A stretch of DNA of 64,000 bases, taken from assembly GCA_964035545.1 (NCBI GenBank), contig OZ037769.1:1612001-1676000 (forward strand). Direction: 5' to 3'. Made by a program: the position numbers and the translations under genes. Of this stretch, positions 49,601 through 60,000 are shown one piece after another. The DNA comes from Bugula neritina (taxonomy: Eukaryota; Animalia; Bryozoa). A model generated the notes under the pieces. The model searched no databases. It was not told the DNA's origin and saw only the letters and a list, made by a program, of their open reading frames with translations. How positions within the stretch are numbered: position 1 is the stretch's first letter; each line of letters opens with the position of its first letter.

Positions 49601-50419
49601 AAAAGGAAGTGAGAAATTCTCCTCTGCGACCAGAAACACCAAAGCATAACACAAAGTAGAACCTGTTTTAGTAGCCCATTGTCACACTTGATTGCCGTTA
49701 ATGTTATTACAGTTAGAGCTCTGGCAACTGTATGCAACAACCACAGGCTAGAAAAATACTCAATATATCATTGTTCTTAGCTTTGGTCTAACCTCTAAAA
49801 TAGTTCGGCTTTATGAATAAGAGTTGCTGATGTCTTTGTGATTGTATTTTACTTTAGATGAGCACCTCCCTGCCCTTTAACCCATCGGCTGCTTTGCCTC
49901 AGTCCAGTTGGCACGAGTCGGTGATTGGCAACTTCAAATCAAAAGAGAAGATAGAAAACCGGTGAGTAATAAAATGTACCAGAGCAAGTGTTGGTACATA
50001 CGGTACGAGAGTAAGTGGTGGTACATACGGTACAAGAGCAAGTGTTGGTACATGCGGCATGAGAACAAATGGTGGTTTCAGTAACGTTAGTAGGTGCTGC
50101 CGTGCTGAGACTATGAAATGAAGTATTTATTCTTAGAACTATAAAAATAGTAGTTGGAAGTGGTTATTATGCCTTGCTTCTGCTGTAACCAAGTTTACTA
50201 AGAATTCCTTTACCATTTCTTAGACTGACCAGCCAGATGGTGGATGCGAAGGAACTGCCAAAAATGAAATCAGACAAAAAACAGTCAGAAATTGAAAACT
50301 TGTTTTCAAGCGTGAATTTGGAAAAAGTTGAAACTCAGAACATGGGAGAAGAGAACTTTGCGATGACTGGGTCTAGCCCAATGAACCGGCTGCACGAAGC
50401 TATGGGTTTTATGCCCTAA
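43664..50419 (+). CDS. Uncharacterised protein with PTB/PID-like domain and long low-complexity C-terminal tail
   Basis: Phase-compatible exons 43664-43682, 43825-44019, 44415-44558, 46144-46351, 47502-47718, 47848-47995, 48179-48247, 48516-48886, 49368-49532, 49858-49961, 50224-50419 (TAA). YLGS..V......GIVAIQAPMRELY and KHPALLCMVV....LYTHGYIC recall the CG12581-type PTB family. Start exon tentative. Confidence 0.7.
48361..48429. repeat. (GT/GC)n microsatellite
   Basis: Alternating purine-pyrimidine run. Confidence 0.9.
49216..49288 (+). repeat. tRNA-derived SINE-like head or degenerate tRNA in an intron
   Basis: A-box-like TGGTGTAATGG and B-box-like GGTTTGAATCTC at tRNA spacing; anticodon arm and acceptor stem do not form. 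Confidence 0.5.
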
Positions 50420-51197
50420 GGCTACAAGTAGCGAACACTGTAGGTACTAACACATCACCTTTAGACATTTCACTCAGGCTACACTCCTAAACTATAGATT
50501 ATTGTGCATTCTAATATATCATTCTCACATTCCACCTTTCTAAACCTATGTACTCTAATAATATCTCACATTCCCACCTCTCAGCACAATCTAACTTATT
50601 TACCATGACTGAAGCCTGAGGAATGCTCAAAATGTTGTTTATTTTGATACCAATTATATTATTCTTATTACATTAAGAGTTTTGATACTATGTTTACTAA
50701 CATTTGAATACTATGCTTAGCGGACTATTATAAAGCATTATTAACTGTATATAATGTAAGTATTGTTATATGTAAGGTATTATACCCGACTACATATCTC
50801 ATATGTAGAAGCAATTTACTGTGATATTCAGCTTGCTAATGCACAAGGGAATTTGGCAAATACTGATTGTTATTATAGTTTTATTTGAAAAACTTATATT
50901 TATAAATTGATTTCATAACGTTACTAAATATTTACATTATGTAAAAACCACTGTATGAATAAAAAACAAAACAAAAATAAGGATGCAGTACTAAGTTTAT
51001 ATCACCACTATTATACAACCGTTTTACTGGAAAGGCTGTACAAATAACAGTTTATCCAATGGATGAATGAGAAGAGAATAAACTATCTGGTTATAACATT
51101 TCTGTGTTAGTTACGAGAATCAGTTCCCAAGAAATGCTACGAGACGAGAGAATACAATAAGCTTTAGCCTGTGCTCTCACCCTTGCTGTTCACCCCC

Positions 51198-54100
51198 TCA
51201 GGCATCTTCAGTAGCTCTGAAGTGATCATCGTCTATGGTTGAGAATATAAATCCTTCGCCACTCAAGTAGTTTATGGCTTTCCTAAGAAACGTACAAAAT
51301 AAATCTCCTGATTGCTTGACCTTTGCAGCACTTTTGAACACATACAGATTTATTATTACCAGGTAACATGGTATAACATTATAAAGAATAATGTATCAAA
51401 CTCAGGTTCACTAAAGCTAGCTGTTTATACCCTTCTAGAGTTACCCAGATTAACTGATCAGTTAAACGTTTGATTAGTGTCCATGTCTCGAAGCAGCTTT
51501 AGTGGAAGTGAGATATTTACGTGGGAAACCAGTGATGAATACTGATATGTAAAGCAAAACTTGCCACTATAACCCCTATTATATATAGTTTATAATGCCA
51601 CTATATATTGTATAGTCTCACAGCCTTGCGGTATACTCACGTGATTTCATCAGCAGTAACGTGAGGCAGCGCTGCCTTGATCTCCGTCACACTCAGTCCC
51701 GTCATACTCTTGTTCCCCTGAATCACCGTCCTCACCTGCTCAGGAATACCCGCAGACGTGTCTACTTGACTCGCGTCCCCTTCGCCGGCCTGTAACCATG
51801 GCAACAGAACACTCAGTATTGATACTACACAAGAAGGCACAAGTCAACTGCCTATGTCACAGGGAAGTTCCCTAAAGGCTTCTACAAACAAGAAGACAAC
51901 TTATAGCTGAGTTATTGCCACGTGCATTGAGAGACATCTTTTCATTTATGAGTACAAAGATTTCTTCTTCAAAGTAAATCCAATTTCAAGCAAGTTTTTG
52001 AGAATAACAAAATGTGACGCTTGCCAATTATACTGCTTTCTCAAGTATAGACAAATGCACTTATTCAAAGTCTAGTAACAGGGAAAGACAACTAGTAACA
52101 GGGAGAGACAACTAGTAACGGGGAAAGACAACTAGTAACAGGGAAAGACGACTAGTAACAGGGAAAGACAACTAGTAAGGGGGAAAACAACTAACAACAC
52201 AAAAAGGTTTACCTGCTTCATCTTGAGGTAGGTGTGAGACATTTCTAACAGATGCATAGTAATCTCGTTGGGATCTTTCATGCTCATGATTCTGTTGATG
52301 ACAATGTTAGCAGAGCCCTGGAAAGACTTTACTGTTCCGAATACTCTCACGTATTCACCTTGAGAAATGGGCTGGGGCTGAGTGGTGTCTTCATCCTGCG
52401 TGATTAGATACATAGCAGTGTAGACAACTCTTAATTATGTAGCTTAGTGTAGACAACTCTGAATAATGTATTACTGATACTCACACTGATATACTGATAC
52501 TCACACTGATATACTGATATACTCACACTGAGACACTGATATACTCACACTGATATACTGATATACTCACACTGATATACTGATACACTCACACTGATAT
52601 ACTGATATACTCACACTGATATACTGATATACTCACACTGATATACTGATATACTCACACTGATATACTGATATACTCACACTGATATACTGATACACTC
52701 ACACTGATATACTGATATACTCACACTGATATACTGATACACTCACACTGATATACTGATACACTCACACTGATATACTGATATACTCACACTGATATAC
52801 TAATATACTCACACTGATATACTGATATACTCACACTGATATACTGATATACTCACACTGGTATACTCACACTGATATACTCACACTGATATACTCTCGA
52901 GCCAGTAGTTTAGCACCCGTATAATCAGCCAATTCATAGTCATGTCTCTGATTGTTCATCTCCGATGAGAGAATTTTGGCCACTAGTGTCACCTACATTA
53001 GAATTCAATTATACGTACAAGTATTCTACTATCTAGCACTATTGTATAATACTGTAGTAATTCGTGCAATTACTGTGCGTGAGTTTTCTACTTGCGTATT
53101 TAGTTGGCTATTCTACTAGTAATTACTAGGGTAGCTGTCGAGTAATTACGTTTATTATCCACAATAAAATACAAAACAAACATTACATCAAATTACACTA
53201 TAACATCAGTCAACTACTAACACATGTTTCTACTTCAAGCCCTTGCTTACAACAACGTGATCATTGTCAATTGCCCGGGAACTGTCACATGAGTCGGAAG
53301 CATATCTTCCGGTGCTGCTGATTGGTTACTACATAGGGGCCTTAGTATTCCCAGAACGGAGAGAGGACGATTTTCATATTAGTACATTGCATGACTCACT
53401 ACAATACCACCTAGCGTCATTGTATAATACCACCTAGCGTCATTGTATAATACCACCTAGCGTCATTGTATAATACCACCTAGCGTCATTGTATAATACC
53501 ACCTAGCGTCATTGTATAATACCACCTAGCGTCATTGTATAATACCACCTAGCGTCATTGTATAATACCACCTAGCGTCATTGTATAATACCACCTAGCG
53601 TCATTGTATAATACCACCTAGCGTCATTGTATAATACCACCTAGCGTCATTGTATAATACCACCTAGCGTCATTGTATAATACCACCTAGCGTCATTGTA
53701 TAATACCACCTAGCGTCATTGTATAATATCATCTAGCACTATTATATTCTACCACAACATATGTGTGCATCAGGACAAACATGCCGTGATATAAAGAGGT
53801 AAAAGAGTTTAATTAATTGTAACTAATTGGTTATCCTACATTATAAAATGTATATTTGTAACTACTGCCTTGGTAAGAGTCCGCAAGCTCCAAGTGTTCT
53901 AATGATACCAAGTGTGTTTGAAAAGACATTGAAAAGATTTCATTCACTAGTATAGCATTAGCTAACTGTCATTTATATGACACATAACCACTATACAATC
54001 ATTTATATGACACATAACCACTAAACAGTCATTTATATGACACATAACCACTATACAGTCATTTATATGACACATAACCACTATACAATCATTTATATGA

Positions 54101-54975
54101 CACATAACCAGTATACAGTCATTTATATGACACATAACCACTATACAATCATTTATATGACACATAACCACTATATAGTAATTTATATGACACATAACCA
54201 CTACACAGTCATTTATATGACACATAACCACTATACAGTCATTTATATGACACATAACCACTATACAGTCATTTATATGACACATAACCACTATACAGTC
54301 ATTTATATGACACATAACCACTATACAGTCATTTATATGGCACATAACCACTATACAGTCATTTATATGACACATAACTACTATATAGTCATTTATATGA
54401 CACATAACCACTATACAATCATTTATATGACACATAACCACTATACAATCACCTGCTGCAGCCCGCTGCCATCTACACAGACGAACTGGTCGTCCACCAG
54501 TGCCCTATGAATGGCCTTTATGCACATCGGCTTCATGCCATTTTTTTCCTACAAGCCGGAAAACCTTTTATAATATCACAATAACTCAAACAAGAGAAGA
54601 TAACCTCTACAAATTATCACAATTGGGAGAAGCAATCAAGTGAAAGCTGTACCTCATGTCCACGCTCTCTTGCCACACTAGGAGAAGCTCCGACACTAGG
54701 AGATGTCTCGAAGCCACCTAAAACATGCCTCAACTTTTAAAATCAACTGCTTATACTTCAGGTTACACATACGGATGAAAAACCAAAATATTTGAAGTTG
54801 GGCAACTCCAATTTTTCTAACAAAAACACAATATAATTATTTGAATTAGCTTCAATTGGCGAAACAAACTGGTATCAAACAAAGACTTTTCTTTTTTGCA
54901 AAGAGTGTCTTTGTTATTCGGCAATTCATAATGATAAGCTACAATTCACATACCTCCTTGGTCGTTCCAAGCCAT
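51198..54975 (-). CDS. RPA2: Replication protein A 32-kDa subunit
   Basis: Exons 54975-54954 (MAWNDQG), 54717-54653, 54548-54453, 52992-52885, 52395-52213, 51789-51641, 51282-51198. N-terminal SP sites, OB-fold YVRVFGTVKSFQG..NEITMHLLE, winged-helix end LSGEGFIFSTIDDDHFRATE. Confidence 0.92.
52072..52195. repeat. 20-bp minisatellite, ~6 units
   Basis: ctagtaacagggaaagacaa repeated next to a donor site. Confidence 0.9.
52472..52895. repeat. ~22-bp minisatellite containing the RPA2 exon-4 donor
   Basis: cactgatatactgatatactca repeated ~19 times. Confidence 0.95.
53403..53730. repeat. 23-bp near-perfect minisatellite, ~14 units
   Basis: ataccacctagcgtcattgtata repeated without spacers. Confidence 0.97.
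53967..54450. repeat. 30-bp minisatellite, ~16 units
   Basis: atttatatgacacataaccactatacagtc repeated, starting at the RPA2 exon-3 donor. Confidence 0.97.
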
Positions 54976-55323
54976 ACTTCAAAATAGATGTTACACTGGA
55001 ACAACAGCGTTTCAAGTTTTAAAAAATTCGGCTCGAACCAATTAACAGTGAAATCTTCAGCTTTGTCTACGAAAACAGATAGCAGTTAATTAACTAGACC
55101 CTAAAGCAATGTTAAATATAGGATAACTGTACAACAATTCTATTCAAAGTTTAATAAGCAACTGCAGTCACTGTAGTGAAAGTTGAAAGTCTGATAAGCA
55201 AATAAGATGAAGTTTTACTCTATCACTATGGCTATACAGTAAAAGAGTAAATAAAATGGCTATGTTTTTACTTTCAATAGCATCAAAATCCTTATCCTAC
55301 CTATAATTTTCATTTTATTATAC

Positions 55324-55628
55324 TGTTATAATTTTCAGATTTAGGGTTGATGTGCTATCCAGAGAGTCTATTTATTTACTATAGAACTGCACCAGGATAA
55401 GTCGAGTGAACGAGTATATTTTACACACAATTATACATTATAAAAACGATACATTATTTCCAAACAAGTTACACATCTAATCTATTTCACACTCTAGCTT
55501 CGACTGAGTTAGCAGCGGGAAACTACAATTGCTGCTAACTATCAACTACGCTAATTGGCTATCCATTGTTCCGGGTCAATTACGCGACCCTACATGTTGT
55601 GCTGCTGGTAGTTCCACGAACCACCACA
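55324..55628 (-). repeat. 3' LTR (305 bp)
   Basis: No differences seen by eye versus 62516-62820. Confidence 0.97.
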
Positions 55629-55639
55629 CCGCCCCCACC
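55629..55639 (-). other. Polypurine tract
   Basis: GGTGGGGGCGG immediately before the 3' LTR on the minus strand. Confidence 0.75.
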
Positions 55640-55972
55640 AGCAGAAAGCCATCTTTCTGATATATATATAAAAAAAACATTCATTAGTAACTACATACAT
55701 CAGTGGACAAAAATAACACATAATATACAGGAAGAGACATAATAATAATACAGAGTCATCGTAACGATCCGTTGCATACAATTGGCCAGCTGTAGATAGA
55801 CGAGGAATACTAGCTAGCTGTGGTGTTGACAGGGGATAACCTGTTAAGCAGTCAAACATTTACATGACCTCTTGGCTTCTCCCAAGAGGCGGAGTTGGAG
55901 TACTCCGGGTAGTCAACTAGAGTCCTTGTTGGGCACGCCGGTGCTTGGCTTGGCATGTACGCAGTTTCCGTT

Positions 55973-56731
55973 TCATACGGATCCCTTTAGCTGGAAGAGT
56001 CCTGTTGTAGTGTTAAGTAGATCTGGTGCCAGCTGGGTGAATTCTTCTTGTAATCGCAGAAGGCGTTCTTCTACTGTGGCTAGGCGTACTGGGTCTGGGG
56101 ACGGTGTCCGTCTGCGGCGCAAGGGTGGACTGGGGGACCTGGTTCGTCTCTTCGTCGGGGTAGGGGAGATCTCTCCTTCTTCTGGATATGTAATTTCCTC
56201 GGGGGTGTATGTAATTTGAGGGCGGTCAGACACCAACGGGGATTGTTGGCGGGCGTTGTCTAACACACGTTGGAACCCCGAGGACAGAACGGCTAACAGC
56301 ATGGCCTTCTTCACCAGAGGTCGTATAAGTGTGAGGAACTCCGGGTATAGCTTAGCGTCGACCACGTAGTTTTCTCCAGGGAAACAGCCCGCCGCTCGGT
56401 GTCTGGTGACGGGGTAGGGATACACGTCATTGTACCCGCAGGGGCAGAATGTTAGTAGGAGATGAGCATTGACGTGTAGTTTAAGGGAGCGGTGAGAGGC
56501 GCAATCTTCACCACAGATTTGGCATCTCGTCCGTCCTCTGGACCCCCAGGCCGTTTCTATTTCTTCTTCTGTTTGTGGAGACACCCACCGCCAACGGCGG
56601 CGTAGTGGCTCAGGCCGGTCACCACTAGCATACTTCTCCGGATACGGAGCGGGAAGTGTTCTATCCCGTACCCTGGTTGTAGCGGGTCGAGTGTAATCTG
56701 AAAAAGTTTCAACAGTGTTAATACAGTACAC
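55973..56731 (-). CDS. Accessory ORF3 of the retrotransposon (Zn-finger-like, R/S/P-rich, coiled coil); probably expressed by splicing
   Basis: ~250 open codons, GC-rich like gag/pol; CQIC-x12-H-x3-H followed by CPCG..H..C; no ATG near the start but a tttttcag acceptor at ~56699. Confidence 0.7.
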   Translation of the reverse strand: MYCINTVETFSDYTRPATTRVRDRTLPAPYPEKYASGDRPEPLRRRWRWVSPQTEEEIETAWGSRGRTRCQICGEDCASHRSLKLHVNAHLLLTFCPCGYNDVYPYPVTRHRAAGCFPGENYVVDAKLYPEFLTLIRPLVKKAMLLAVLSSGFQRVLDNARQQSPLVSDRPQITYTPEEITYPEEGEISPTPTKRRTRSPSPPLRRRRTPSPDPVRLATVEERLLRLQEEFTQLAPDLLNTTTGLFQLKGSV

Positions 56732-57011
56732 TGCCGTGTTGTCAGCTTGAACAGCTTGGCAACTCCTAATTCAGTTACCTCGTAGAGATTTATGGTAGTG
56801 AATAGTCAGATAGAACACGTATTGCAATGAGATTATAAAAATCTCTAAGTCAAACTGAGTTCTTACTACGGTATTTCACTAACCTATCTCCAGCTCGATT
56901 GACTCAGTGAGTCAGAGCTGAGCGATGCAATCTAGTTTCGTATTAAGATATAGTTAACTCACCCCACGATCTGTTGTCGTAAGACATACTGAATGTGTGA
57001 AATGGTTTGAA

Positions 57012-60000
57012 CTACTGCTTAGAAACACGTCTACTCCGGACTGCATCAGCGTATGAAAAGATCGAGCAACGTGGTTGGGGTGCGTGATTAAGACTTTGTG
57101 CACCCGGCGGATGAATTTTGTTTCTATTTCCGCCGATACAAAAGTTGATATTTCCGTGGTGTTGACAACTCCCACATTTGCTCGATACTTTTCTCGTACG
57201 GTTTTCCCCTAGACTTTCATACACGCCGCTTTTAACGCAGTCGCATATGAAGTCCTTCAAGTATGCGGGGGGTTGCCTCGTACGCTGTCCCCTTTCTAGG
57301 GGGGGTGACACGCTTGCCGGTTCGTTAGTAGGGGCCTCTAATGGCGTCTCTACTTCACCGTTAGCGGTCACCTCTTCTTGTTCTCCGGATGGAGCCCCTC
57401 CCTCCGTGGGGGTTTGCACTTCCGGAACCGGCTCGGTTTCTGGAAGTGATGGAATTAGACTTGGCGGTGGCGGACACGCTTCCGTTGGTAGAAGCTGCCG
57501 CTCCTCTCTCACCAAGTTTTCTTCCCGCGGTATGACCACTTCGTATTCAGGTCCATGCCGCCGTCGCCCGCGCGTTGTTGTCTGCCTCCTGGGCTCTAAC
57601 AACGGGGGGGCTTCTCCCACTCCGTCGGGGCTAGCCCAATACGGTTTCAAGCGAGACTCATTCTGGATAGACACCTGTCCTGAGCGCTCAATCTTGTACG
57701 TATGATTGGGCATAGCCTCGACGACCACGTAGGGGCCTACAAACTTAGGCTTCAGCTTATCAGCCTGTCCGCGGCGCCTACGGTAATTGACCATCCACAC
57801 CTTATCTCCCCTTTGATAGAGAGGTGGTTCATCGGAATCTTCGTGCCGCACCTTCCACTGCTGTTGGCGCAGTATATCGTGTGCGGCCGTCATCCGTTCC
57901 ACTAGTTCACTGGCATACTCGTGGACTGAGTTATCTTGCTCTGGAACGTGATAGGTGAGATGGTCAGGGACACGAGTCTCTCTCCCGAGCATCAAGAGGT
58001 TTGGGGTCTCACCAGTACTGGTGTGTGGGGTGCTACGGTATGCACGCATGACTTGCGGCAACACCGTATCCCATTCCTCTTGACCTCGTCCAAGGAGGAG
58101 ACTCCGGAGTGCATCACCTAGCATCCGGTTGTTGCGCTCCACCACCCCGTTACCTTGAGGGTGGTAGGGGGTGGTCCTGCTCTGATTTACTCCCCAGAGG
58201 CGGCAAAGGTCGCTCATCAGTTGAGACTGGAATTGAGCGCCTTGATCAGAGTGTATCTGTTCGGGGAGCCCAAAATAACAGAATACATGTTGGTCTAGTG
58301 CCCTGGCCACTGTTGGGGCTGATGCATCTGGGATAGCCAGAGCATCCGCCCACCTAGTAAAGTGGTCGGTTAGTACTAGGATCCAATTATTGCCTCTGGG
58401 GGTCAGGGGCATGGGTCCGACCAGGTCTACAGCGACTACTTGCCAGGGCCTACCAGCGTATAGCCTCCGCCGTCCTGCTTCACCAGGGGGGCGGCTATGC
58501 TTACTGGCCTGGCAGATCTCACACTGTTTGACTCTGAGCCGGACATCACGCTCCATTTGTGGCCAATACCACCGAAGTCGTAATTTGGACATCACTCGCT
58601 TGACCCCTGCGTGGGCCTGCTTGTGAGTATCCCAAATCAACTCACGGCGGATGGCTGTGGGGCAGACTACCCTCTTCCTTTCCGGGTGTCTGCCGCTGGC
58701 AGCTAGAGAGATGGTTAGTAACCCATCCTGCCCGATCCGCAGCGAGTCCCAACGCTGACAGTATAGCCGGAACTCGGCGCATCCCTGTCGTATGCGTTCC
58801 TCGCTGGGTCGTCGCCCTTCCCTTTTGGCCCGGTATATGTCTGCCACGACTCCAGGCAGCTCTTCTTGGAGCTTCTTCAGCTCTCGAACATTACCGGCCA
58901 GTACAGGGTTGGCGCGGAGGTTTTGTACATCCTCCGGGGACTCATCAACTCTTTGCCTGAGTTGACCTTGATCCCAGTCAAACGGTGCTCCGTGATGAGC
59001 CAGCGTCTCTAACTCGCATCGCGGGGGACCTCCATCCCTCCTCTCGATGTTGAGACACTGTTTGCAACCTCCGTCAGGTCGGCGACTCAACCCATCCGCA
59101 TTGCTGTGTCTCTTGCCCGGTCGATGTTCGATCCGGTATGAGAATTCAGCTAGGATTTCGAGCCACCGGGCGACCTGACTAGAGGGCTCTGCTCTCCTGC
59201 ACAACCAGATCAGCGAGGCATGATCCGTACGCAGCCGGAACTTCCTGCCATATAGGTATGGTCTGAAGTGCTTCACTGACTTGATTACTGCCAGCAGCTC
59301 CTTGCGGGTAGTGCAGTAATTTCGTTCAGCGGGTGAGAGAGACTTGCTGTAGTAGGCTACTACTACCTCTCGGCCTTCCTGCACTTGTGACAGCACAGCG
59401 CCAGCATTTTGGTCACTGGCGTCCGTGTCCAGGATGTACTCCAGAGTGGGGTCTGGGTAGGCCAAGATGGGCGCCGTTAGTAGGCAGCCCTTGAGGCGGT
59501 CGAACGCTTCTTGCTCGACTGGAGTCCACTGCCACGTCACTCCCTTTGCGGTGAGCCGGTTTAACGGCTGGGCTATGCCCGCAAAGTCTGGTATGTATTG
59601 CCTGTAATACCCTACCAGCCCCAAGAAAGCCCGGAGTCCGGTCAAGTCTTGGGGGGTGACCCAGTCTTCTACTGCCCGTACCTTTTCGGGATCCGTTGCC
59701 ACGCCGTTTCGACCGACAACGTGCCCCAGATACTTGACCTCCGGCTGCAATAGAGCGCACTTGGAAGGTTTGAGCTTAAGACCGGCACCTCGGAGTCTCT
59801 CGAAAACCTCCTGCAGACGACTGACATGTGTCTCGAAGTCTGGAGAGATTACGATGACATCATCGAGGTAGACCAGCAGTGTCTTCCAATGGAGTCCGCT
59901 AAGGACTTGTTCCATCAGCCTCTGGAAGGTGGCTGGGGCGGAGGTTAACCCGAAGGGCAGCACCTTCCACTTCCACAAACCGTCCCGTGTGATAAACGCC

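Noticed and set aside
53403-54450. 23-bp and 30-bp repeat arrays as CRISPR arrays
   Set aside because: Head-to-tail units with no unique spacers, no cas genes, inside a eukaryotic intron.
53962-54510. Repetitive ORFs (VVMCHINDC / THNHYTVIY; likewise 1343-1675, 7303-7629, 34703-34888, 36332-36655, 39294-39563)
   Set aside because: Translations of intronic mini/microsatellites whose unit length is compatible with an open frame.
55973-56731. ORF3 as an envelope glycoprotein
   Set aside because: Too short and lacks a signal peptide, fusion peptide and transmembrane anchor.
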